NCBI RefSeq assembly: GCF_008831285.2
Contig: NC_045138.2
Location: 868,001-932,000 of the forward strand
DNA length: 64,000 nucleotides
Direction of reading: 5' to 3'
Source of the DNA: Nymphaea colorata
Lineage: Eukaryota
The position numbers and the translations under genes are program-made. Below, in pieces: positions 52,763 to 64,000 of this stretch (positions within the stretch are counted from its first letter, which is position 1; each line of letters begins with the position of its first letter). The notes beneath the pieces were generated by a model that did not search any database, was not told the origin of the DNA, and saw only the letters and a program-made list of their open reading frames with translations.

Positions 52763-54187
52763 CTAGCAGTAGAGGTTCTGGCCTGGGTCTACCCCGAACT
52801 GCTGGCAGAACCTCTGGTAGAAGTTGATCCTCGACTGTACTGTTGCTGGATTTCCTCCGCCGCACTCACCACTGTTAATGGCTCTGATGGTGGAGCCAAA
52901 GCCACTACCTGTTGTGATCCCTTGGTGGCAGTTGCTGTTGGACATCCAGAACCACACTGCTGTCTTGAAAGATATGCTTGCATCCTGGGCCACGATCTCT
53001 GGGTTGTTCAAGCCGTCGAAGCCAATGGCCTGGCCAGCTGCGCCATAGTTGTAGTTCCTACGTGTGTATGCATATCCATATCCCAAAGTAAGAATGATGG
53101 GCAAATATGCAGCTTGAATAACATTTGTCTTTAGTTCATTTCATGGGTGCTACTCACAAATGGGCAGAGAAGGGGGCTCACACGGGCTTTGCCCTCCCGA
53201 CAAAAAATGCTTTTTAAAAAATTTACGTGTACATTTTAAAAAATTTCAGTTGTCCCATGTAAAAATTTTGAAAAACGATATTTTTAGCTTCTCGCAAAAT
53301 TTAAAACTTTAATTTGACCCCTTTCAAGAAAAATTTCTAGCTCTACTCATGCACATTACTCAAGAACTGAACAGTATGTCATAGTCCACTCAGATCCCAA
53401 ACCAACTGTGTAAGGAGGGAGAGCTAGGCCCTCCTTCCAACAGCTCCTACTCACCCCAAAAAAGTGTATAGAGAGAGAGTTGCCGACAAATGGAAAATAG
53501 AGATTGATTCTCTTAACTGGATCTAATGGAAAATGTTAATAGTAGGATGGAAAAATAAGAATCACAGAATTTTTTTAAACAAAGAAAAAAAAAAACCAAT
53601 GGTGAAACATGGTGTTTTCTCTTTAAATGCTAGAGTAGTCTATATGTAAATGACAGTTACCATGATAGCTGCAGTGGTCCTCTGCCAAAGTAACTTTTCC
53701 CTGCAGCACAAGGATATTGCTGGTTGCTTTGATCACAGTAGTTGCTGCCAGGGTTTTGTTCATTTATGTAGCACAAGCCTACAGTTTGTACATATTGTTA
53801 AAACAAACATAGTATTGCATAATTCAAAATGCAAAGGGAAGTACTATATTAGAAACAGCATCTGTATGCATGGAAGTAGTTATTGCCACAAAACAGAAAT
53901 CTAATGGACGACATACTTCCTGTTTCATGCATGACATTAGCAAGGAAAGCAGCTAACTCCCTCTTTTGAACGTCGCTGCCGCCGGTGGTGCCAAAGCCAT
54001 TGAAACTTTCTGCTGCGGATATGAATGAATCATAGTTATAGAAGCCTTTTCCCTCACAACCATCTTGAGGAAGGAGGGTATTGAAGAAATCAGAAGTGAC
54101 GATTGTCCTTGGAGTGTCCTGGGCCAAGCCCACTTCCAGGACAAGAGCTACAAGAACAAACCCAAGAAACTGTGTGTAGCTCTTCAT
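52763..54187 (-). CDS. G8: secreted GH19 class IV-like chitinase (227 aa), subtype A
   Basis: Exons 54187-53917, 53778-53661, 53057-52763; GT-AG; intact. TATAAATG at 54250-54243. Confidence 0.94.
53159..53351. mobile_element. Same MITE in G8 intron 2 (duplicated with the gene)
   Basis: Matches 50481-50673 at offset 2678. Confidence 0.65.
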
Positions 54188-57100
54188 GGTTCTGATTATG
54201 ATCACTCCTCTTGTTGTGCCCAGCTTGGTGCATTTTATCTGGCATTTATAGGCATCAAGTCAGTGATCACACTAATGGAGTCTTTGAACTTATCAATTGA
54301 GGGTGCAGAGTCGGTCTTGAGTGTAGCTTGGAAAGCTCCATTTTCCTTCCCCTTCAATTTCCTGCCACTACTTCCACATTGACCAGTCTTTTCATTTGCG
54401 GAATTTTTGCACAGGCCTTTTCTTTTAGCTTCAGTCCTCATTAGGGGTCTCATATTTTTGGTTTTCTTGATACTGGCTTTTATCTTGTGGACGAATAATA
54501 CAAAGACGTGCTCCACTTGAATCATGTCATAATTGAATGCTTTTCATGCTGTTCTTTCATTACAGTTGAAATATATTTTTTTAAAATTTTTATATAGGAT
54601 AAGTGAAATTTTTTAAAATTCACATATAAATTAAAAGAAAAGTTTTTGGGAAAGGAGAGGGGGCGGTGCCATGGCTCCTGCCAGCCCCTTGACTCCACCC
54701 CTGGTCACAGGGGCCATTATATTTTGGAAAATATTTACATAAGCCAAAACAAGATCTTAAAAATGTTAATAGGTTGGGTGAGTTGAACTAGTATTTCATC
54801 TTACCACTCAACAAAAAGGCTAAAGCCCCTTACTATTCTTCCATTGCTTCAAGATATTCGATTTGTTTTGGTGTTCAAATGTGATATTCTTCATGCTTCA
54901 ACTTAGATATTGGTGCTTACATTTGCAATATAAGAAGTTAGGGTTTTGGAAATTTGAAATGAAAACTGACTACTTACCAACCCCACCCATCTATTACGCA
55001 CAAAATGTTAACATATAGATTTATAGATTTTGAAATCTGGGGGGCGGTCAAGGCCCCTGGCTCACACTCGACCCTTGAAAACACTTGTTTGTTCTGTCTG
55101 TGCTAGTCAAAATCAAGCAACCAATGAAAGTCAAGCCGCCCCTATATGACCAGCAAGCAATTTCAGCATTCTTTGGGTCGACATTGTGAACTTGGATCAT
55201 GACAAAGTAGAGAGTAATACAAAGAAAAAATTGTAAGTGATTGGACAAATAACAAACCACTATATAAGTTTCAAAAAAACTAAAAAATAGGTGCTGTTAA
55301 AATTGCTTATTAATAGAAGAACCGGTCCTCCCTTGACCAAGGAATGATATTTTTTGTCTTTACGAACGACGTTTTGTTGTTTTCTATTAAATATTTAATT
55401 TCCATTAGTGGGGAAGTTAATTCCTCCAAAAGTTTTATGCGTATCTTTTAACATTTAAAAGTTGAGTAGCGATTTGTCATTTAATTTCTTACAGTATGAG
55501 GCATACAAATTTTTATAAGTAAACATGATCACTTAGAGAATGTATTTCAAAAAGTGGGTGCATATCAGTTAATTTTCAAAAGTTGAGAAGTGATTTGTTA
55601 ACTTGCCTAAGCATTTGGGGCCTTTTTTCTTAACTTTTTAATAATCTAAAGCATTTTAAAAACCATATCCACGAACATTTGAATTCATGAGTCTATAGTC
55701 TTTGTGGATGAAGTCAAGTTCACGTTGCTCACGTTTTGATTGTACAATCGCCGTCCATCTTTGTGGATGAACGCCGATCGGTGGTCCGATTGCTGGACCA
55801 TTTCTATGCCCAACAATGTGACGTGATGTGGGAAGAAATTTTATCAACTTATCCGGAAGTCGTTGTTGTCTAATATTAATTTTCTCAATGCTCCAAATAT
55901 GAGACCAATTTTTTATTGACAGAAAAAAAAAATATCTCAACTAATTCTTGAATTGTTGATGAAAAGATGATGGGGAAGACATAAACATATAACTTGTTCT
56001 TCTTTTTCCCTTCGCTTTCAATGTTCTCTATATTTAAACTCATTGGTAGTAAAACAGGTAGCTACCAGACCCTCATACGCTATATTTTGGGGAGAATTGC
56101 TTAAGTCTTTGATTTTAATGAAATCCAGCGGTGGTGATTACGTTGAACAAGAAGGAAATCCAGTTGGATTTTGAATAAACTGAAATGCGCTTCAATGGAG
56201 GAAGCAGATGAGTTTCCTTAATTGATAAATTTTGTCTCCTTTGATAGATATTTCAGTCTCTTGAAAATACAAATAAATTTTCATTTTTTCTGCTTAATTC
56301 TTTACTATGTGATCTTCTTAAAATTGGTGGTCAATTGTGTCTTCGAGAGTCCAAAATGCCCCTCAATGGAAGAAAAAAATGAGTTTCGTTAATTGAATTT
56401 TTTTTTTCCGTCTCATTTGAGAGATATTTAAAATACAAATAAATTTTTAATTTTTTTAAGTTAATCTTCACTGCATGATCTTAAACTTAATGACCCAACA
56501 GACCCCATCAAGTCTAGCATATGTAGAGGCTTTCTTGATGCAAGCCTTGATTTTGCTGAGAATTACCAACTGATGAAGAGGCCTCTGTTTAATATCATGC
56601 ATATCATGAAAAAATAATAAGTAAAAGTTAGGTTTTTAATTTAAAGTGGACATTGAGAGGCATTTGATAACCTCATGTCTGTTGTCTGAAGTAGGATCTT
56701 AGATTTTAGGCTTTCAGATCCTTGATTTCTAATAAGGATAGTTCAAATTGTTTTTGTCAAAGATGCACAAATTAAACTTAGTATAAATTTGTAAATCTTT
56801 TATGCATCTTGAAATCTGTGGATCTCATATGCCTGACCACTTTCTCATCCCTTCTTTGATTTGAGTTCCACACACTTTGAAGCACAATGAAGACCTTAAA
56901 TCAAAATTTTAAAGTTAGTTAAAATTTTATATGATCAGGCCGACGAAAATTATTTGTTTCTATTTCTCAAACCAAACAAAGGATCATCACTACAATTTTC
57001 TTCGGCTTGATCACTTAACTGTAGTTATGTGTTGGGCAATATAAAGGATGTACAGGTCCTTGCCTCCTTGTTAATCACCTTGGAGTTTCCTATCAAGAAA

Positions 57101-58011
57101 TTCATAACATGAAGCACATACTTGAATTTTCCTTGCCAGCCCACCCAAGTCTCCACGCCTTTAGGAAAGCTCAACCAGCATAGATTAACTGGCCGGGCAG
57201 GCAGACCGGTAAAAAGTCTGGTAGTCAATTAAATTTTCATGAATGCTGTTTGTCTGAACAGTAAATGGTAGATGGACGACAATACTTTAGTTAACGGGTG
57301 TACCACTCTCTACCCTGGTCGCAGAACAGCCTTGGACTCTAGGGGCAAGGGAAAAGGAAATGGGTTTCAACCTCTTCAAGATATCACCAAAGCAAATTTT
57401 CCTTTAGAAAACCAATTTACTGAGATTGTTTGAGATTATTGTAGAATACCTGCATTCTTATTACAACAGCATTAATCCTCCAAGTGGTGTGGCCTATATG
57501 TTCCAATCACATTATCTCAATGCCTTTGTGTTTCAGTACTTATACCAATCAAACAATGAACAGAAACCGTGAAGTTGTCACTACGTGATTCTTTGAGCAC
57601 AATACTGGGATGAAGGGTGTGCAGTAGACCACCCAAATTGCCGGAAAGGTCAGCAAATTAATGGGTTTTGCCGCTTTTCACATAAGTGGAAAAGTTTCAC
57701 CAAGCCAAGCAAGATAAACATTAAGTGATGATATTTGTGCATTGAAAGATCCCCCAGAAGCCAGAACTCAAAGAGAGAAAAACATAAATATGGCACAATT
57801 AATCGTAGTTAAAAAGCTCAACCAAGCCCAAAAATTGAGGCTCTCACTAAACAACATATGTAAGAGAGAGAGAGAGAGAGAGAGAGAAAATGCAGGAAAC
57901 TTTCACTCAATTAATCTTAATATCATTTTATTTAAATGAAAATATGCTCATGTCCAGTACATGTCTGCAATAGTATGGCGGAATTAGGAGGGCATTGGTA
58001 GCGGAATTAGT

Positions 58012-59101
58012 CTAGCAGTAGATGTTCTGGCCTGGGTCTACGCCGAACTGCTGGCAGAACCGCTGGTAGAAGTTGACCCTGGACTGTACTGTTGTTGGAT
58101 TTCCTCCGCCGCACTCACCACTGTTAATGGCTCTTATGGTGGAGCCAAAGCCACCATCTGTGGTGATCCCTTGGTGGCAGTTGCTGTTGGACATCCAGAA
58201 CCACACTGCTGTCTTGAAAGATGTGGCTGCATCCTGGGCCACGATCTCTGGGTTGTTCAATCCATCGAAGCCAATGGCCTGCCCAGCTGCACCATAGTTG
58301 TAGTTCCTGTGTTTGCATATATATATATGTCAATGTCCCAATGTAAGAGGGTGAAGGAAAATGCTTGAAAAGCAAGTCAGAAAATTAAGGAACACACGGC
58401 AGTCTTTACTCTTCAATGGAATTGTTTTGGAAAAACACTCCAGTTTGAGAGAAAAAAGATGGTAGCAGATCATTTTCCCCACATGCTAATCAATTAAGGT
58501 CATCAACATATGAGAAATTAATGTGTGAATGATTGGCAATACCATGATAGCTGCAAAGGCCCTCTGCCAAAGTAACTTTTGCCTGAAGCACAAGGATACT
58601 GCTGGTTGCTTGGATCGCAGTAGATGCTGGAAGGGTTTTGTTCATTTATGTAGCAGAAGCCTACAGTTTGTTCATATTGTTAAAAAGAAACAAATAATTA
58701 GCCACTACAAGTCGTGAGTACCAACAGCTACGCATAATTCAAAATGCAAAGAGAAATACTAAATTAAAAACAGTGTCTATATGAGTGGAAGTAATTACTG
58801 CCACAAAACAACTATCTGAAAGGGACGTACTTCCTGTTTCGTGCATGACATTAGCAAGGAAAGCAGCTAACTCCCTCTTTTGAACGTCGGTGCCGCCGGT
58901 GGTGCCAAAGCCGTTGAAACTTTCTGCGGCGGATATGAAGGAATCATAGTTATAGAAGCCTTTTCCCTCACAACCATCTTGAGGAAGGAGGGTATTGAAG
59001 AAATCGGAAGTGACGATTGTCCTTGGAGTGTCCTGGGCCAAGACCACTTCCAAGAAAAGAGCTACAAGAATAAACACAAGAAAGTGTGTGTAGCTCTCCA
59101 T
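58012..59101 (-). CDS. G9: secreted GH19 class IV-like chitinase (227 aa), subtype A (A' variant)
   Basis: Exons 59101-58831, 58660-58543, 58306-58012; GT-AG; intact. TATA at 59164-59157. Confidence 0.94.
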
Positions 59102-59329
59102 GATTCTGATTATGATCACTTCTCTTGTAATGTCCAGCTTTATGCTTTCTATCTGGTATTTATAAGCACCAAGTCAATGAGCACAAAGCGCTGTGGGATT
59201 GATGTTCAACGTTTCTGACAGACGACTGATGGAGTCTTTGAGCTTATTAAATGAGTGAGGGAAGTCAGTAGCCGGTATAGCTTGGAAAGATCCATGCTCC
59301 TTCCCCTTCAATTTCCGGTCACTTCTACA

Positions 59330-59450
59330 TTGACCGGATCCCGGCCATGCCCGAATCCCCGCCCTACCCATGTGATACCGCACACCCGTGTAGGCTTTGC
59401 TTACATTGACCGGATCCCTACCAGGCAGGCGCTACCCAGGTGAGGCGGCA
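59330..59450. promoter_or_regulatory. Duplicated W-box module plus GCC-box core upstream of G9
   Basis: TTGACC at 59330-59335 and 59406-59411; GGCGGC (GCCGCC on the minus strand) near 59444-59449. Homologous W-boxes lie at 23574, 37259, 44457/44520 and 54379. Confidence 0.5.
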
Positions 59451-59857
59451 CACCATGTAAGCGAGATTGACTTGCGTGCACATATCTGTGAAACTACACT
59501 GAAAAGAATGAGGGTATTTGTGAAAATTGTCGTCTGGCATTTTAGAACTTTTTTTTCTTTTTTCACAATCTATTTTTGCCCTTTTAATACTTTTTTATTT
59601 GATTGAGGGTATTTTAGTCATTTCACACTCTGATGCATACCTTTCAAAAAATTACTTTTTTTATTTAAATTGAGAGTATTTTCGTCATTTCACACTCCGT
59701 TCATTTGGTGCGTAGGAATCTATACATAACCAACTTCGCATGTAGACTTGTTGGACAGTTTTGTAGTTTTTATCAAATTATGATTAATTTGTTTTCATTT
59801 TACAAAGGTAAGGTGGTATGAGTTTGAAGTGCCCTGGTAAAACTAATGCCCTTCTCG

Positions 59858-59945
59858 TAGGGGTGAACACTACTAAAGTCTAGCCCGAATTCAGTCAACC
59901 CGAGTTTGGCTCGATCAACCTCGACTCAGCAGTTAGGTGTTTGAT
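59858..59945 (+). mobile_element. Truncated third copy of the hAT-type MITE
   Basis: Starts TAGGGGTGAACAC followed by the same subterminal motifs; no right TIR. Confidence 0.55.
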
Positions 59946-60796
59946 TTTCTGTATAAACTTCAAGCGAGTACTCAAAAGCCACGCTAAAAGCTATATCTGT
60001 GAACGGAACCTAGTTATGTACACCGCACCAAATTTTGTGTGCCAATATGGTTATTGACAAAAATATCTCTTTACTTTGTACCAAAGAAAAACTAATTTTC
60101 TGTAAAGATAAAAAAGAAAATCGCAAAAAATGAAAGTCTCAAAACGACCTTTTTTTTCAACAATTTCAAAAATACTCTCCTTTTCTTTTTGGCGTATGCT
60201 TGTTGCGTGCAGCAGCTGTACACATAACTTGGTCTCTCCATAAACGTGATCTGCCCAGTTCAACACAATTCAGGGGCGGAGACAAGAGTTTTTTATTGTA
60301 GGGGCCAAATTATAGTTTTAAAATTTTAATAGGGGTTGAAATAAAATTTTTTAGATTTTTTATATATATTAAACTAAAACTTTTTAGATTTACATATAAA
60401 TTTTCAAGTTTTTAAAATATGAAAAGTTAGTGAGTCAATGGACTTTGCATGCACTTGTTGATGGACGTGCGGTTGACGTTGTTCACAGTCTGAACCGCTA
60501 GAATTTGTTGAGACCGTCCTTCACGGCGAGAAACGGTTCGATTCTTGGACCATTCCTATGAGGAAATATATCATCAAGTAATTGACTTGGTCGATGGTCA
60601 TTGTTTAACATATCTAATCGTGGGTTCATACAACTGGCGTCACCGTGTATTAATTGTTGATGAAAAATTGAGCTTGGAAGTTTTGTTTTCAAAGGTGGTG
60701 GACTTCTTTGGTCTTCCCCTCGGTGCCTTTTGATCTAACGGAAATGTCAATAGTTTGCTTGAGGAGTAAGTAAAATGAAGACAAAAAGTATTCACG

Positions 60797-61040
60797 AGGC
60801 ACCGGGCCGCGGCAGAATACCCACTACCTGGCCTGACTCTTCCGGTCCTAGAAAACATAGCTTTAGGCTGACCCAGGTAAGCCCGATAACAGGAGGATTC
60901 ACCGCAAATACTAGCTTGGCTCATTATTGCCGAGACAATGGCCTACTTCTTCACATCTACCAGGTCGAGCCCGGACCCGGTTTTGGTTGTCAGGTGAGGC
61001 CCGAGCCCAGGTTTCGGGTGTCCAGCTGGCCCGATGCCTA
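60797..61040. mobile_element. Putative MITE
   Basis: 13-bp imperfect TIR GAGGCACCGGGCC / GGCCCGATGCCTA; not seen in the paralogous segment near 45300. No TSD found. Confidence 0.4.
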
Positions 61041-61920
61041 CGCTTATCGAGGAATGTAGAGTAACTGGTCATGCTAGTGGGTTGGTGATTGTGAGTTTGA
61101 TTTTCATGCGCTCTAATATTTGAAATGAACATAGTGGATATGTTGTCAGATGATAGTATGTTGTCCTGCATATCATCTAAGTCCTGAAGTAGCCCTATAT
61201 CGGGCCATGGGAAAAAGAGCGGTTTCGACCTCTCATTGAATCACCAATAAGAACACAAAGTGCAATTGATTTCAAGGAGATGTGCCTGAGTCTTTCATCT
61301 TCAATACACAAATTTAATTAAAAGAAATTAATTATCAGTTAACTACCAACTTAACCTCATATGCCATATTTAATAAAATCATTTGGGCAGTCAAGTAATT
61401 GTAAGACAATTAGATGATGAAAATTAAGATGAAGAGATAAAAGTCTAGTAGCTACCGGTTTGTCAAATTTCAATTAAAAAGTGGTCATGTTTACAAAGTT
61501 TCGATAAAAATCTCAAGCGATGGTTTTCTATGTGATTGACTTGATCTTGTTTAATGGGAAAAGGCTAGTCCTGTCAAAAATAATTGTTAAAGTTTTTTTA
61601 TTTTTTATTAATTTAACCTCACATGCTTGATTTCAAGAGTGATTTGATGAGAAACATGTATTCAGTCTTCTATTTTTTTTACTTTAAAAATATGTTTTAA
61701 TATTTAAAAAATGAACTGACGCTCCTATAGAATCAAAATCGTGATAATAGAAAAGTAAATTCTTTTTGCAAAATACCTTCACCCCAAATATGATTTATAT
61801 TAATTTGACGTTTGCAAAAGCAATAGTATGTTTACATTTTCTTAAAATAATTTTCAGCACAAATTTATGATCTGGTTTTTGACCCTTACCAAGTGGTTTG
61901 GTATTTACCAATTTCTCTCT

Positions 61921-61988
<68 letters not shown>

Positions 61989-62985
61989 ATTTACTTAGCA
62001 TAAGCAATTATCGGCATTTATCAGAGTTTGATTTGAGAACTCGCTATTTTTGTGAGAGCGAGTTGAGTGCACCACTTGGTGCGCGTAAGTCGTATACGCC
62101 AAAAAAAAGGTGGAAGTTGGGCTATTTTGAAAATTATTTAAGAAAATGTCATGTTTAGTCTTTTTTTACTTCTTCAGTTTCCTTATTTTCAATTTTTTTT
62201 TTTAATTAATCAGGAGCATTTTGGGTCATTAAGCATGCTGGGGCACAAAAAATTTGTGCACCAGCGGGCACATATAAGCCTCTCCGTATTTTTATAGCAG
62301 CTGTACCTTTTCTTTTAACCATGAAGTTCTTGTACACACACATGAGAGAGAATTTTGTTAAGAGTGTTGGTAGTCATATACACATGAGAGAAGATGCCGA
62401 ACATGGGTTTGGCATGCATGAAAGAAACTGACTCATAACATAAGTCGGAGTCGTTTGACAATAATAATAGTATGCCTTAAATATTGAAGTAGATTCATAA
62501 AACTCTAAGTTACAACATTTCATGTTTCAATCTTTTCAAAATAGATATATAAAATAGTAACATAATGTCATTACTGCCAAACAGCTTATAAGGTTCACAC
62601 AAACAGTACCAAACATTTAAGGAGCAGTTTGACAATAGTAACAGTATGCTACTTTTTCGTACATCTGCCCTAAATATTGGAATAGTTTCATAGAACTCTA
62701 AGTTACAGCCTTTCATGTTTCAATCTTTTGAAAACAGATACATAGTAACATAATGTTATTACTATCAAACAGCCTATAAGGTTGACAGAGACAGTACCAG
62801 ACATGCAACTTGTTCTCTAGACAAAGAGCTTGATGTTCTGTAGGATACATATTCTAGCTATGCATAACGTGACACCTTACATTTTATTTATATGAGTACA
62901 AGCATAGACGTGGTAGAGGTATATATGAAATGGTATGATGGATCAGGGAGCAAGGTTGACAGGCGGGGCAGGGCGTTGGCAAATT

Positions 62986-63988
62986 CTAGCAGTCGATGTT
63001 CTGCCTTGGGTCTACGCCGAACTGCTGGCAGAACCGCTGGTAGAAGCTGACCCTCGACTGTACTTCTCCTGGATTTCCTCCGCCGCACTCACCACTGTTG
63101 ATGGCTCTGATGGTGGAGCCGAAGCCACCGCCTGAGGTGATTCCTTGGTGGCAGTTGCTGTTGAGCATCCAGAACCACACTGCTGTCTTGAAAGATATGC
63201 CTGCATCCTGCCCGACGATCTCTGGGTTGTTCAAGCCGTCGAAGCCAATGGCCTGCCCTGCTGCACCATAGTTGTAGTTCCTGTGTGTATCCTTTTAAAG
63301 TTAGAGAGATATCTAGAGAGAGAGAGAATTTGGTGGCATTTTAAAACAAACAAATAAAAAGGTCATTGATCGTCGATTTAGTTTCTCTGTGAGCATGAGG
63401 TTAACAATCCTTAACAAGAACCTTGCGGTGCAGTAAACTCTTCAAGGAGTGTTGTGATCCCACGGTTTATGGTTTCAAGGGATTAGTACCATGAGAATAT
63501 AATTTCTTTCATATTTGACTCATGTTTTAACTAGATCTCAAGGAAAATGATAAAAGCAGGAGACAAAAGTACGAGCACAGCCGTCTTTTTGAGAAGGAAA
63601 AAGAAAAAACACCAGTGATAAGGCAAAAATGATGCTAAGAAATCATGCATTTGTCTTAACGTATGAGAAATTAATATGTAAATGATTGATACCATGATAG
63701 CTGCAAAGGTCCTCTGCCAAAGTAACTTTTGCCTGGAACACAAGGATATTGCTGATAGCTTTGATTACAATGGTCGGAACGATCTTCTGTTTCGCTTATC
63801 TTGCAGAAGCCTACAGTTTTCATATTGTCAAAAAAACATATTAAACACTTCACTTCATGAGTACCAACTGCTTGTATAATGCAAATTGAGAAGGAGTATT
63901 TTTGCATGGTAGATTGTTGCCACATAAGAGAGCTAGTTGCGGACATACTTCCTGTTTCATGCATGGCATTAGCAAGGAAAGCAGCCAT
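62986..63988 (-). pseudogene. G10: GH19 chitinase, subtype B; exon 1 interrupted at 63988 (probable insertion-disrupted pseudogene, partial in window)
   Basis: Exon 3 (63280-62986) and exon 2 (63810-63693) are intact. Only 63988-63949 of exon 1 ([13 protein letters not shown]) is present. G2 continues gcagccat|ctccctc on the + strand, whereas this copy reads gcagccat|tgttgaaaacca. Confidence 0.75.
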
Positions 63989-64000
63989 TGTTGAAAACCA
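63989..64000. mobile_element. Probable terminus of an LTR retrotransposon inserted in G10 exon 1
   Basis: Chitinase homology ends abruptly and is followed by TGTTG, a typical LTR end. Only 12 nt are visible. Confidence 0.5.

Larger units (their letters stand above)
48690..54187. repeat. Near-identical ~2.68-kb tandem duplication spanning G6 exon 1 - G7 - G8
   Basis: Offsets are 2680 (48830/51510), 2678 (50085/52763) and 2677 (51510/54187). The visible differences are microsatellite/homopolymer lengths and one exon-1 substitution. Confidence 0.92.

Overview
AT-rich, MITE- and microsatellite-rich plant nuclear DNA; the species cannot be determined from the sequence. The window holds a head-to-tail array of ten minus-strand, three-exon genes (G1-G10) for secreted glycoside hydrolase family 19 chitinases. 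Each has a class IV-type catalytic domain and no hevein/chitin-binding domain. Exons are 271/118/295 nt, giving 227 aa including a ~22-aa signal peptide. Seven copies have intact spliced ORFs (G1, G2, G3, G5, G7, G8, G9). G4 has two frameshifts and a mutated TATA box. G6 has a GT>AT donor, a self-compensating frameshift and no proximal promoter. G10 exon 1 breaks at an LTR-like TGTTG at the window edge. Exon 2, which carries the catalytic base and the adjacent loop, is hypervariable at constant length and falls into two subtypes. All three damaged copies belong to one subtype. The copies are mosaics of shared introns, exons and flanks, and include a near-identical 2.68-kb tandem duplication. 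Also present: an internally deleted Ty1/Copia element with both LTRs and a TSD (28620-34169), hAT- and Harbinger-type MITEs, several local tandem repeats and a possible organelle-derived insert. All alignments and counts were made by eye.
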